Shown here piece by piece: positions 36,341 to 49,944 of a stretch of DNA of 64,000 bases. Below the pieces are notes generated by a model, which saw only the letters and a list, made by a program, of their open reading frames with translations, searched no databases and had not been told where the DNA came from. Made by a program: the position numbers and the translations under genes. This DNA comes from Octopus vulgaris. Its lineage: Eukaryota. The stretch lies in contig OX597814.1 of assembly GCA_951406725.2 (NCBI GenBank), positions 22,754,001 to 22,818,000 on the forward strand, read 5' to 3'. Position 1 is the first letter of the stretch. Every line of letters starts with the position of its first letter.

Positions 36341-38984
36341 AATATAAATATATATATTTCCATGAACAGAATTGCACATATCATGTTTTTACAATCTTTA
36401 TAGGATAGGTTCTTTTTTCTTTTTGAGCAGTGATATTAAAAATATTTCTTGCTACTGAATGTAATTTGATAATTCCATAGATATTAAGCTTATGGATTAT
36501 GAAACAGATGGATAAAAGTGAATATTTCAACTGATACTTGCACAGACATAATGATAGGTGGAAGTAATAAAATCTTGACTTATAAATCAGACATTTCCTT
36601 TATTTACTTTATTTGGACCAGAACATTATTTATTTTATTAGCTTCTTTCTGTTTTGTTGAAAATCAAGTTTCACTGCAACTTCTTATAGTAAGTATTATG
36701 CCTTCTTAAAAAGTACAAAAGGAAATAAAAAAAATCTTCTCTTTTAAGATCTTCTGCAAATATGCCTCTCAGCAAAACTGTCACACTTACATATACATGG
36801 TAAAGTGAGAGAAATTTAGATGTGGTTGAGGTAGGCAAGTTTGTGTTCCAGAAAGAGAAGTGAAGAGACAATGGATGAAATTGAGCAATTCCTCAACTTC
36901 ATCCCCACTTCTCTGAATTTTTTTAAAGAAGAATCCGATCCAAAATGTCAGAACTCACCTCTCCTCATAGTCCAATACATCTTATTTACAAATGTATTAT
37001 CTGTTTGTGTAGACCATCATTAGCTCTTATTTTATATATCACTCTTAAGCTATGTTTAAGATATAATAATTAACAGAATAAAAATTCATACGCATTGAGT
37101 ATACAAAACTATTTCTTATATGTTATCTGGTATTGTGAGGAGTAAAGAAGATAAAAAATAAACAGGTATAAATATCCTATTAATGCAGCCAAGTATTTAC
37201 TGCTATTTGTCTATAATAGCAGAAAAAATTTTCAAATATACTATAGAGTATGATTTAACTATATGTAAAAATATATAATTAGTCTTGTTCAAAAATAATT
37301 TGGGGGCCATAAAATCAATAGAAAACAGCAAAAGGATCTCTATTTCAGCTTAGTTGATCTCAGATTCAGTGCAGGGAAGAATCAGGCATTATCCCTTAAT
37401 CTGAAATATTTATTTATATAGCAGTCAATACTGTAAATATATCTTGTAGATTTATTGCTAAATCACTGAGTGTTGGATATGTTGTGAAATACACAAATAC
37501 TCCAAGGAAAAAAGAAACATATGGAGATCTGACTTGGATAAATCCAAAATATGATCCTTTGGTAACTAGGAGTCTGAAATCCACTAAAGTCAAGTTTAGT
37601 TTTTGTCACTCAGACATTGATGAAATAAGCCACTGTAACATACTTTTATTTGGGAAAATTGACTTTTGTGTGTAGTCAAAAGAAATCAATAACATTTATC
37701 AGCAATTAGTTGGAAAATGATTTCTAATTCAATTTTATAACGTATTCAGTACTAATTAAATTTATTTTGTCAGTTATATTACTTGATTACTCTCAGGAAT
37801 AGTTTCTTCAATTTGCAAAACGTCTCTTTACACTTAAGTTATTTATACCAAACATTTTCAGAAAAATGCATTTACAGTATTCTTTTAATGGTCAGCAGTT
37901 TCTTAAAACATCAGTATCTAAAGTAAACTTTCTTTGTGAAAACTTTCCACTGATACTGCAATTTATATAACTTCCTTCAATAACTACAAAACTCCTTATC
38001 AAATGGCTCTTAGGGGTAAAAAGGTAAAAATCAAGCAAACTGAATTTTAGATAAATTTGAAGTCACAGGCTATTTGGAACTTGATTCATCTTTTAAGAGT
38101 GATAACTTTTTGCAGAATGCTACATCTACCTGCTAGGCATTATATCAAATAATAATTCTTCATATCCTACAGATACATTCTACTTTGTTAATATGCCAGC
38201 ATAACCTTTTGCATTTGCAAGCAGGTTAGCACCTACACCTTAGAAATTTACTCGGAAAAATTAAGTCATAATCGCATAACATACTTGATATTTATCTGTA
38301 ACATTGTTGCAGAGACGTGCAATAACTGAAATTTTTGTGCTGACAGGAATTCGATTTTATGTGGTTGAGCAATTTACAATGATTCAAGATTTTTTCTTTA
38401 TGCAACTCCCTTAAAAAAAACGTAGCTATACTATTGAGACATAAATTTATTATTACTAACACATATCTATAAAATAAATTTTATTGCCCAAGCTAGTGTT
38501 CTTGGAATAAGTATTTTACAGCTGAATTTCCTATTTGACATTATTTTAATGTGGAAAGGAACTGGTTTCTTCAATGAAGTAGAATGTGTCCATTAGCTAG
38601 AAATTTCTGTTTCTTCCATCACAGTTCAAAATGGTTATTGTGAACTTTCATTATATTCATTTTATTATATTCAGTAACTGACAATTACAAAAGTTAATCT
38701 CAGAGAAACTTTATTAAATATATGAAACTTAGTAGTAAGTGTACATTTATGAATACTTTAATGGAACAGTGAATAAAATACTTAAATGAAATATTGAATT
38801 CTTCGCAACTATACAGAATTGGTAGACCAAATGTTTCTAGAACTCAATAATTCATTGGAATTCATGGCTTTGGAACAATTAACGATAGATATTTTCTATC
38901 TAGTTTGTTGTTGATTTCAGTCAGGGCTTGTCCATTCACATAGCACCATGTGTGTGGGGTTGTGTATATTCACACTTTTCTTCA

Positions 38985-39538
38985 CTTTATACTTGTTTCA
39001 ACCATTGGATTACAGCCATGATGGGGCAAGACCATGAAGGCATTTAATCAAGCAAATCGATCTTACTGCTTTATTTTTTTAAGTCTGGTACTTAATTTAT
39101 TGGTCTCTTTTGTCAAACTGCTAAGTTACAGTGACATAAACAAACAAACACCAGTAGTCATGCAGTGCTGAGGGGCAAACACACATACATACATATACGA
39201 TGGGCTTCTATATAGTTTTCACCAGTCAAGTTCACTTACAGGGCTCTCTTTTACTCTTTTACTTGTTTCAGTCATTTGACTGCGGCCATGCTGGAGCACT
39301 GCCTTTAGTCAAGCAAATCGACCCCAGGACTTATTCTTTGTAAGCCTAGTACTTATTCTATCAGTCTCTTTTGCTGTACAACGGGCTTCTTTCAGTTTCT
39401 AACTACCAAATCCACTCACAAGGCTTTGGTCAGCCCAAGGCTACAGTAAAAGACACTTGCAGAAGGTGCAGTGCAGTGGGACTGAACCCGGAACCATGTG
39501 GTTGGTAAGCAAGCTACTTGCTACACAGCCACTCCTGC
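38985..39538 (-). mobile_element. Two adjacent SINE family A copies (old 38985-39243; internally deleted 39248-39538)
   Basis: Two family A tails (tacttgtttca..) and one head (gccactcctgc). Confidence 0.88.
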
Positions 39539-39552
39539 ATGCAGGAGTGGCT

Positions 39553-39885
39553 CCTAGTTGTTATTGTTGAGATCCTGGAGCTTGCCCATTTGACCATGCA
39601 TGCATGATAAACTCTATTGTATATGAGACAGAAGTAACAACAATGCTACATAATAATTTGACCAAAAAGAATAATTACATTGGGTTATGTGAATAATTAC
39701 ATTGGGTCTTGAGAAGATGCTATGCTAACCACCTATCTTCTTTCTGGCACAAGGACAAAAGTAAATCCACTAAGTTGGCAAGCCACATATGGGGCTTGAA
39801 GGCCAACTCCATGCCACATACTACCAAGTGGGAATTTTTAGAAAAATACAAGGTATATGTTAATGGATCTAAAAAGTGCATATAA
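39553..39885 (+). mobile_element. Penelope-like element GIY-YIG endonuclease remnant
   Basis: SCYC*DPGACPFDHACMINSIVYETEV..KKNNYIGLCE ... YANHLSSFWHKDKSKSTKLASHIWGLK..TKWEFLEKYKVYVNGSKKC; contains a short tandem duplication of gaataattacattgggt. Confidence 0.82.
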
Positions 39886-39939
39886 CATTCTTCCACTGCT
39901 CTAGGGACCAATTCTGTAGGTTTTTACTCCACTCTGAAT

Positions 39940-40508
39940 GCTTTATAACGTTTGTTTTTGAAAGCAGTGGTTTTCTGATTGCAGCCCTGCCATGAAATCT
40001 GGCTTTGTGCAGCTCCTGGTGAACAGTTTTGTGGAAACTGGGTTCTTGAGGTGGTCATTAAGCCCTGCAGTAATTTTGGGAGCTGTACTTTTGTGATCCT
40101 TTCTAATAATTCGTGTAAGAGTCCGATGATCTCTATCTGAAAGTTTTGGTTTTCTTCCGGAGTTCTGTTTTGACAAGAAGGTTTTTCTCAAAGACTGCCA
40201 TTACTTTCGAGACAGTACTTCTTGATACACCAAAGATTTCGGCTGTTTTCATTACACTAGTGCCTGTCATACAAGCACCAACAATTTGACTTCTTTGAAA
40301 GTCCGATAGACGTGTCATTTTAATGAATTTTAATTACCTTTTTCTGATGAGATCTGAAAAGAAACAGCAATTTTAGCCCAAAAATATTTAGCAACACTAA
40401 TACTAAACCAAAAGTCTTAAAAATAAACAAGCTTTTGACAGTTTTATAGATATTTCAAAATTACAATGCTATGATGCTAGGTGTTTCCATTATTTTGTCC
40501 AAGCCCTG
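39940..40508 (-). mobile_element. Tc1 transposon 5' fragment
   Basis: TIR cagggcttggacaaaataatggaaacacc; MTRLSDFQRSQIVGA..AEIFGVSRSTVSKV and SGRKPKLSDRDHRTLTRII. Confidence 0.88.
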
Positions 40509-40510
40509 TG

Positions 40511-40544
<34 letters not shown>

Positions 40545-41003
40545 AGAAAGCGAACCACTCTACATAAAGAGCAAATCCGTTTCCCACAATGAGAGATCGA
40601 AAATGGAAGGTACGAAAGGTTTTATCAATCACTATAGTTATTTTGACACATCTAGCATTGATCCCTAATGGGTGGGATACTTAATAACTGGTTCAGGAGT
40701 ATCTGACGGTGCAGATATGTCACTTTGGGTGATAAACAGAAAGAACTCATGCCGCAATGTATCTTCTCAGTTCTTGTGAAGAAAAGTAGCAAATTAAAGG
40801 ATATAGCTTCATTCATATAGAAGATGAATAATGAAATAACAGGTGCAAAAAAGAAGCCAACACACTTATTAATAATTTAGTGGAAGAAAAAGAGTGACTC
40901 ATGGGCAAACACCTCTGTGCATTGGCACTTAACAAACTAGTTACTGTCTGAAGAGTTGTGGATTCATATAACCAGTGATATATATTGATAATATATATAT
41001 ATT

Positions 41004-41411
41004 AGGCGCAGGAGTGGCTGTTTGGTAAGTAGCTTGCTAACCAACCACATGGTTCCGGGTTCAGTCCCACTGCGTGGCATCTTGGGCACGTGTCTTCTGC
41101 TATAGCCCCGGGCCGACCAATGCCTTGTGAGTGGATTTGGTAGACGGAAACTGAAAGAAGCCTGTCGTATATATGTATATATATATATATAAGTGTGTGT
41201 GAATATGTTTGTGTGTCTGTGTTTGTTCCCCTAGCATCGCTTGACAACCGATGCTGGTGTGTTTACGTCCCCGTAACTTAGCGGTTCGGCAAAAGAGACC
41301 GATAGAATAAGTACTGGGCTTACAAAGAATAAGTCCCGGGGTCGATTTGCTCGACTAAAGGCGGTGCTCCAGCATGGCCGCAGTCAAATGACTGAAACAA
41401 GTAAAAAGAGT
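41004..41411 (+). mobile_element. SINE family A, full length, young
   Basis: A and B boxes, internal microsatellite, tail gtaaaaagag; CpGs retained. Confidence 0.95.
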
Positions 41412-41458
41412 ATATATATGTGTGTGTGTGTGTGTGTTTGTATATATATATATATACA

Positions 41459-43071
41459 CAGTTGCGGCCAAAATGTTCAGAACGGCATTGTTTTCGTCAG
41501 AAAAGTAGGTATACGTTTTTATCAAAGTTGTTTTATATTCTATAATTTTCACAAACAATAAATACGATATTATTTGTTATTGTCTGAGATTTTGGTGTAA
41601 TTTGAGAGGATAATAAAAAAGTTATGGATGATTTAGTGATTTACTGCAAAACCCATGGCGGCCACAATGATCAGAACGGCTGCTTTTATTCCATGTTTTA
41701 GTATATTTAACCGTCGAACTCTAATGTTTTGAATTTCTTTACGGGACAGTTCGTTTACTAAACATTAGTAAGAATATCTGCAGTGTACTTTGTTAATATA
41801 ATGCCACTTACTCCATTACCAATTCGTCAGCAGATTATTAAGCTTCGAAAGAAGGATAATTTAAGTATTAGGTCTATTGCAAAGATTGTTAACATGTCAA
41901 AAAGTGTTGTTCACGGTATTCTTAAGGTCTACGGTGATTGTGGTTCATGTGAAGCAAGAAAGTCTACAGGTAGGCCAAGAAAAACGACCAAGAGAGAAGA
42001 TCGTGCTATGGTAAAGTTGGTTAAAAAGGGCAGATTTAAAACTGCTGCTGCTGTTTTTTGGGAAATGAGCATTGTACTGAAGAAAACTTTATCTCAAAAA
42101 ACTGTCTCGTCCTTTAGTTGAACATGACCTACAAGCAAGAGCACCTGCAGTGAAGCCACTGATCAGCTCCAAGAATAAAAAGTGTCGTCTTACCTTTGCA
42201 ACTGAACATGTGTTGTGGTCTCAAGAAAAATGGCAAACGGTGCATTTCGGTGATGAATCTAAGTCTATGTTATTTGGCTCAGATGGGAAAAGCAGGTGAA
42301 AAATTGTCACCTAAATGCCTTAAGACTAGTGTTAAATTCGGTGGAGGAAGTGTCATGGTTTGGGGGATGATATCTGGAGATGTTGTGGGCCCTTTGCTGC
42401 GATTACATGGAAAGGTAAATGCAGGAGTTTATAAACAACTTGTAAAAGATCATGTCTTGCCTGTGCTGAGAAATTCAACTAAGCGACCACCCATATTCAT
42501 GCAGGACAATGCCCCATGTCACAAGGCTAAGGTGGTTATGAACTTCCTCAAGGCTGAAAAGGTTATTGTTATGGATTGGCCTGCTCAAAGCCCAGACCTC
42601 AATCCTATTGAAAATGTGTGGAATATTCTAGGAGAACGTTTGAAAGCCAGAAATCCTAAAACAACCGAGCAATTATGGAATGCCCTACAGGAAGAATGGA
42701 ATAAGATCACCCAGCAAGAAATTGAAAATTTGATTTCCCCATGCAGTCAAAAATGTCAAACTTTGATTGAAGTTAAAGGGCTTCACACTAAATATGAAAT
42801 AATTCCAGCATTCTCTGTCACTTTTTGATTATTTTGTTATTTTTTTTCAACCGTTCTGATCATTTTGGCCACCATGGCTTTTGCAGTAAATCACTATATC
42901 ATCCATAACTTTTGTATTATCCACTCAAATTACACCAAAATCTCAGACAATACCAATTAATATCGTATTTATTGCCTGTGAAAATTATAGAATATAAAAC
43001 AACTTTAAAAAAAACTTATACCTACTTTTCTGACGAAGACAATGCCACTCTGAACATTTTGGCCGCAACTC
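41459..43071 (+). mobile_element. Near-full-length Tc1 transposon with ~220-bp IR/DR terminal repeats
   Basis: cagttgcggccaaaatgttcaga.. / ..tctgaacattttggccgcaact; inner repeats gccacaatgatcagaacgg (~41661) / ccgttctgatcattttggcc (~42851). Confidence 0.95.
41801..42828 (+). pseudogene. Tc1 DD34E transposase, two frame disruptions (~42110, ~42290)
   Basis: HTH, GRPRKTT, HFGDESK, KFGGGSVMVWG, FMQDNAPCH, WPAQSPDLNPIENVW. Confidence 0.93.
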
Positions 43072-43079
43072 TATATATG

Positions 43080-43447
43080 AGTCTGTAACCATGGCCTATA
43101 CCAGTGTTGCATAACCAGCCCATTTAAGAGTACCCTTCAATCATTGGGCAATGAACTGTGCTTGAGAAGACCTGTTGAACCAAGTGAAATCATTGGCATA
43201 GCTGATGCCAGTACTGTCTGACTGGCACCTGCAAGCATCATTTGAGCATGGTAGATGCCAGTCCCACCTGACTGGCTCTTGTGCTGGTGGCACACAAAAT
43301 ACACCCACTACACACTTGGAGTAGTTGGCATTAGGAAAGGCATCCATCTGTAGAAACCTTGCCAGACCAGATCAGTCCTCAATTCAACCGTCCAACCCAT
43401 GCCAGCATGGAAAGCAGAAGTTGAACAACAACGATGATTATGATGAT
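43080..43447 (+). mobile_element. Family D retroposon with RTE-like 3' tail
   Basis: ggcattaggaaaggcatcc .. acccatgccagcatggaaagc .. (GAT)n tail. Confidence 0.8.
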
Positions 43448-43487
43448 ACACACACACACACACACACACACGCATGTATGTATGTAG

Positions 43488-43650
43488 ATGATGGGCTTCT
43501 TTCAGTTTCTGTTAACCAAATCCACTCAAAATGCTGTGGTCACTCTGGAGGTATTATAGAAGACATTTGTCTGAGGTATCATGCATTGGGACTGAACCCA
43601 GAACCATGTGACTGGGAAGCAAGCTTCTAACCATACAGCAACTTATGCAT
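43488..43650 (-). mobile_element. SINE family A 5' half, degenerate
   Basis: gggcttctttcagtttc .. gggactgaacccagaaccatgtg. Confidence 0.8.
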
Positions 43651-45094
43651 ATATACATATATGTGTGTGTGTGTGTGTGTGTGCTTTTGTATGGTTTCCT
43701 GTCTATTGCTTACATGGTGGAATGAACTGGTTATGTGCCATGCAATATATCACCATTCAATGCAATATTCTCTTATTTTGTCCATGAAGTGCAGTATCCA
43801 GAAATCTTGCTACCCTGCTACTTCCATTGTTTTCATCAATCCCTGTATGGTAAGGGTAACTTCCTTTTATAGTGAATAACAATTACTCACTCAGCACTCA
43901 TTCTCTATTTGCATTGCTCACATTTAAGTACAGTTGTGTCCCTTGCATAGATCAGTTGATATTTTCATTGCTTTCTCTCTCTTAATTTCTTCTGTTTTTA
44001 CATGAAATTTCACATGGCTTATGAACAGACTTCATTGAAGTCTTACAGCTTTTTCAGCATTTGCTATTCATATCTCACTAGCATGAGCAGCCTCACAAGC
44101 GTCATACGCAAAAAGAGAAACCTTTTGTTTTGAAAATAGATAACAACTAATACACCTTGTATTTGTATAATACACACATACATATACATATATACACATT
44201 CACACGCATCCATGAACAAACATATATGCACACATATTTACGTCATGTTTACACATATATAGATGCTGACATTCATGCATGTATGCATACATACATATAT
44301 TACACTGAGAAAACTTATATGAAAATTTAATCTTGCAATCTAATTTATGGTAAAACTAGTGCTTTTAAGTTTATCCTTTGATTATATTTTTCTACTTGAG
44401 ATTGACTATAAAATTAAAATCTAAATATCAAGAAACACTATATAAAATTCATCTAAATTGCTCTTTTTACAGCAACAAAAGAAAAAGGGAAAGAATATAA
44501 AAACAAAACATATGTGAATATAAAATGCAAATGGAAAAGGAATGAGAGCAATACCTAAGTAGCGAGCATATATTCAATGTTTAATGGCAGTTAAATTATG
44601 TTCCATTGGAAAAAGATAAATCCTAGAGATTGCCACTATGATTAACAAACTAAATTCAATATCATTCTTGTGTTTTTTTTTAACTTAATCACCACACCCA
44701 TCTGCCCATATTGCTAATCTTGCATTATACAATATGCAGTTCAACATGTGCTTCAATTAGAATTTCTTTTTCAAACACAGTATTTTAAAAGTAGGTTAAA
44801 ATTTTATCTTTTAACCATTCTGTAATAATACCATTTTTTTTTTTTTCATAAAACAGAAGAAAATGTTTCCATCATTGCCATCTTTGCTTAGCTATTTAAG
44901 TGTTATTCATTTTGAGACCTTATTTGCATACACTGAGGTAGTTTAGTTAATGATCAGTTGAAAAAGTCATTAATGGATAGAGACACATCCTACATTACTA
45001 GTTGAATAAAGATGCCTTTACAGTGTAGTTAACAAAAATTCATAGGTGGGTCTTTAAATAGTTGGATTTTCTGCTTTCCTGTAGTAGACCAAGT

Positions 45095-45336
45095 ATCATT
45101 ATTTTTAATGCTCATTTTCATTCTTGCATAGGTTATAACAAAATTGATTGAAGCAGATTTTCATCAGCTGGATGCTCTTCCTCAGCTGGATGCCAATCCT
45201 CAGTTGTTTCCCAGCAAGGTAATGCTTCTCCAAGGCAGGACATGCTTTTATGGAAAATTGGAAACAAAGGACATTGCTTATATTTTGGTAATATTTGATT
45301 GCAACTGTCATGTGATGTCAAGTCAGTAATACAAAA

Positions 45337-45389
<53 letters not shown>

Positions 45390-45590
45390 CACACACTCAT
45401 ACACAAACACACATCTGTTCGCAGGCACACATACACACTCACATATATGCATAAATAACAGGCTTCTTTCAGTTTCCATCAATCATATTTCCTCACAAGG
45501 CTTTGGTTTACCTGGAGCTGTAGTAGAAGTTACTAGCTCAAGGTACCATGCACTTGGGACTGAACCTAAAACCCTGTAGCTGTACCTAAA
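45095..45590 (-). mobile_element. Degenerate family D-like fragment (45095-45310) and SINE A 5' half (45460-45590)
   Basis: cagctggatgctcttcct motif; ggcttctttcagtttcc..gggactgaacc. Confidence 0.6.
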
Positions 45591-46703
45591 ACCATGTTGC
45601 ATCTATTATTCAGGGTAATACCTGAGGTTCCAAGCTCCAGTCTGCCATTCAAGAATTTGGACCTGGAGATCTCCATTTCCAGCGACTTTGAGGGCCACCT
45701 CCCAGTGGTGTCGGGCGTGAATGAAGAGCCCTCGACTGAAACAAGACGACCAAATTGTTTGTTTTTTTTGCAAGGTCTAGATCATCACCTAATCACTCTT
45801 ACCCATCTTGTTGCTTAACAACAACAACAACAGCTCCAGTCTAACAAAGGTTTGTGAGAATGCTTCATTCTGAACTGCAAGCAACTAAACCAATCATCGA
45901 TTATACGATGTGTTTACCACATACATTTAGAAAGCATAGAAGCCACACGGGAGTATGTTCAATAATATAGACAATGCCGTTCAGTGTAAAATATTTTTCT
46001 GCATTACAGGTGATGAAATAGTGTTAGCAAGCCAAAGTCCTAATATTCAATCAAAATTTTGCAATCAGAGAATAACACCTTGTTAAATTAATAAGGCATG
46101 CTGTATGTAAAAGAATGTAACGCGTATACACTTCAACCACATAACACATGAAACAACTGTATTAAGGCTTAACAAGATTATAATGATAATTACAATTATG
46201 ATATTGCAGTCACTGATCATGTACTTCATTAACTTCACAGCAAGTCTTGATTTGCTTACACAACAATATGAAATATGTTACATGCAATGAAGTGTTAAGC
46301 ATAATTAATATATGTCTGCGTTTTCAAAATGCAGATATTTTTGTATATCATTTGATTACTTGATATCCTTAATAATGATGTGAACTCAACTGCAAAGAAG
46401 TTATGATTTTAGCAAGATAGAATCAGTTAACTAATTCATCATTTGTCTGATTTTCAAATAATGTACTAATGATGCTGTAATTTGGATGAGAATTATCTCC
46501 AATTTGGTTATCAAATTATGTAAATTAATTTACTACAAATATTTATTCTAATTAGTTCTGTAATATGAGTCATTCATTTAGATATCTTTTATAACTGTAT
46601 ATATGTGTGTGTATGTGTGAATATGTATACTTGCATTTGCATATACATGTATATATTAGTATATGTACGTTTATGTATGTATGTGTGTATGTGTATATAT
46701 ATA

Positions 46704-46735
<32 letters not shown>

Positions 46736-47146
46736 CATATATATATGCATGTATAATTTACCAATGTATATTTTAGCAGCTGCATCTATATGGGGCATAT
46801 CTTTCTACATTATGATCTTCCCCTCTCTATCTAATCATCAATCTATCTGTCTTTCTGTCTCTGTCAATCTACCTGTGCAGGTGTGTATGTGTGTGTGTAC
46901 GTATGTGTGTGTGTACATATGTGTGTGTGTATATGTTTTATTAAAAACATGACTGTGGTTGTGTATGAATTTTCATATTTTCTTATTAATCCTTTACATT
47001 AAGTTTGAAATATTTGCATTCTTAAATCCATTAAACCATTACTGTTTCTAAGCTCAGAATGAAAGGATGTTTGAATATCTTGTTTACGCACACTACTTTG
47101 AGTCACAGAGGACATTGAGAATACTGGTTATATTTTATTGTTTTCA

Positions 47147-47560
47147 ATTTATTTATGTGCCCTTTTCAAGCCTAGCCAGGCTCATGGGCCCAGTTTCCCG
47201 GTTTCTGTGGTGTATGTGTTCTCCCCAGCTGGACAGGACACCAGTCCATTGCAGCATTACTCAAGAAACAGGAAGAGAAAGTGAGAGAAAATCGGGGCAA
47301 AAGAGTACAACAGGGGTTGCCACCACCCCCTGCTGGAGCCTCGTGGAGCTTTAGGTGTTTCCGCTCAATAAACACACACAATGCCTGGTCTGGGAATCAA
47401 AGCCGCGATCCTCTGACCATGAGTCTGCAGCCCTAACGATTGGGCTAGTGCACCTAGGTGTTTCCACTCAATAAACACACACAATGCCTGGTCTGGGAAT
47501 CAAAGCCGCGATCCTCTGACCATGAGTCTGCAGCCCTAACGATTGGGCTAGTGCACCTCC
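47147..47560 (-). mobile_element. SINE family C, full length, with 103-bp tandem duplication of its head
   Basis: 47353-47455 and 47456-47558 are near-identical; head matches 24083, tail matches 8973-9178. Confidence 0.9.
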
Positions 47561-47619
47561 ACATTTTTTTTTTCCAATGCTGTACTTAAAAATTATCCAG
47601 CTGTCAAGTTGTTGTAGTT

Positions 47620-47800
47620 TTCATAGTTACTATTGCATGTGACATATCGGTGTTGATTTTTGGCCTATATTTTCCTATTAGCACAGCCTCTATAGATACA
47701 CTTCTTAATTATTTTTCATGAAATTTTAATATCTTCAACTGTTGTTTCCCTATATATTGCTGTTGAATGTACTGTGTTGCAGTAGTGTTGAGTGTATGTG
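47620..47800 (-). mobile_element. Penelope-like GIY-YIG C-terminal remnant
   Basis: Minus strand: GKQQLKILKFHEK*LRSVSIEAVLIGKYRPKINTD (cf. KIL..E.....R...EA..I....P.IN). Confidence 0.6.
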
Positions 47801-48316
47801 TTTATATGTCTTTGTGTGTGTGTATGTGTTTATATGTCTTTGTGTGTGTATGTGTTAGCAAAAACTTGATGTATACTATTGAAACAAACCCAAACGTGAA
47901 TGTACTAATTGCTAGTGTTCTCTGAAGATGTAGTACAGCTGTAATTAGTATTATCTTCATGTTCAGGACTATAAGAACATATTAAGAATGAAGAGATAAA
48001 ATCATGGTTGTGATTTATGCTCTTTTACTTGCATGTGATGATTCATTATCAGTTTTGCAAACATCAGTATGGATCAGCAAATAACTTATTTATTGATTTC
48101 TGTAAACAATGTCTACCATTCTTGTTTGTGGTTCATTCATCCAGAGGTAGCTTTGATTGAAGAGACACAACAAGGTTGAAACATCACATTGTCTCAAAGT
48201 CTTTGAGTGAATGAATTGAGTATTTTGTGCACATACATTTTCTAAAAGACAAAATACAACAGTAATTATTATGTTCAGATTCAAGTCTGCCAGAACATAT
48301 TGAGAATCAATAGATA

Positions 48317-49113
48317 CGAGGTGGTATCAAAAGGTTCCTGGACTGGCTATGTTTAATAAAAAATAACTTATTTACCTTCAAAATAATCACCTTACACAGC
48401 AATACACTGGTCCCAGCGTTCCTGCCACTTTTGGAATTCAGTCTGAAAGTCATTTTCCATAAACAAGTTGAGGACCTTCTGCAATTCACTCTTGATTTCA
48501 GCCTCATTTTCATCTTAGGGAAGAGATAGAAGTCTGTAAGGACTAGATCTGGTGAACAGAGTGAATGAAGAAGTGATGCCATGTTGTTTTAGACGAGAAA
48601 CTCACAAGTGAGGAGAGCTTGGTAACAGGGTGCATTGTTGTTGTGAAGAATCCTTAGTTGAACTATGAATCAATGATCTGGCCTTGGGGGATGAATTCTC
48701 GATGCACACTACCACTTTTCCAAGGGTGATGCTCATGATAGACTTCCAGGTCGCTCACCATTTTCTGGGGATGTTCTTTTGCTTTTGAAGTGGCTCATGC
48801 CACTTGAAACATAGCGTACGGCCCATTGCTTTGTCACCTTAAGTTTGCTGAAGCATGCTCAATGTCTCTGTAACAGACTTCCCAAATTTAAGGCAAAACT
48901 TCACATTTGTTTCTGTCCATGACAAAATCACATACTATAGCATACATGTGATCACAAAAACTCAAATTTCACAACTTGCAAAGCAAACACGGCAATGTCA
49001 TTTGGCACACTGCCTCATGAAGGTCACTGCTAGCTCTCACTCTACATGCAACAATGTGCTGCCATCTGTTGGTGTGCTACAGAACTAGTCCAGGAACTTT
49101 TGATACTGACTCA
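48317..49113 (-). mobile_element. Decayed, internally deleted mariner element
   Basis: TA-cgaggtggtatcaaaaggttcctggact / agtccaggaacttttgatactgactca-TA; HSLCSPDLVLTDFYLFPKMKMRLK. Confidence 0.88.
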
Positions 49114-49944
49114 TATGAAGGCCTTTAAAGGTCTTTGCTTTAGCTTTAAAACAATTCAGATTAAGCTGTTTATCTGTTGTGTGGTAGTGAACAGAAATGC
49201 ATGGATCTCAACTGCATATACATGGAAAATAAATCTGGTGCAAGAACATTGTCCTATTTGTGACCATTGTCCATTAGAATCAGTCTTGAATGAGCAATAT
49301 TTGAGTTGGAGTAGGTCTTCATACCAGTGTGTAGATACAAAAAAACATATCAGCAAGTATATCTATCAATCTTTCACTCTTTCTCCTTGTGTCTCTCAAT
49401 TTTCTGTGTGTGTGTGTCTGTGTGTGCATCTGTGTGTATCTGTGTTTTTATGTATATATGTACATATCCATACTATTTGGCAGTTGCCACCATCTAAATG
49501 AAAAAAAGAAGGGATATTAGATATTGTAGTCTTAATTATACTATGTTTATGAAAACAAGGCAAGATCATCAGTCTTAGAACGCCTTTGATCATAGAACTG
49601 CTTGGTTCAGTCTGACCAGGGGCTAAAACCAAAATCACACTAAAAACTGTATAAACAAAGCTACAACAACATTATCATAAATATATAGATGCATTAGCAG
49701 TATAAGATACAATAAAATAATTATGATGTAGATACCCTGCAAACATAAATCCAAAATAGAAAACTGTGTATGGAACTTGAGCTATGCAGCAGTTGTAATC
49801 GAGATGACGATGTAAAGCTTTGAATCAAGGGGATCAGGGACACCTTGCCCTCTCAAACTGATGACCATAAAGAGTCAGTATACCACCTACATTGTTTATA
49901 TCTATCTTACCAGCTACATGAGGTTGCTAATATTTTATACCACT

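Noticed and set aside
40630-40772. Minus-strand hammerhead-like CTGAGAA-GATACAT..ATGTGTC-AAAA
   Set aside because: Both core boxes deviate and there is no stem I
45135-45220. Exon-like ORF ending AAG|GTAATG
   Set aside because: Part of a degenerate family D repeat
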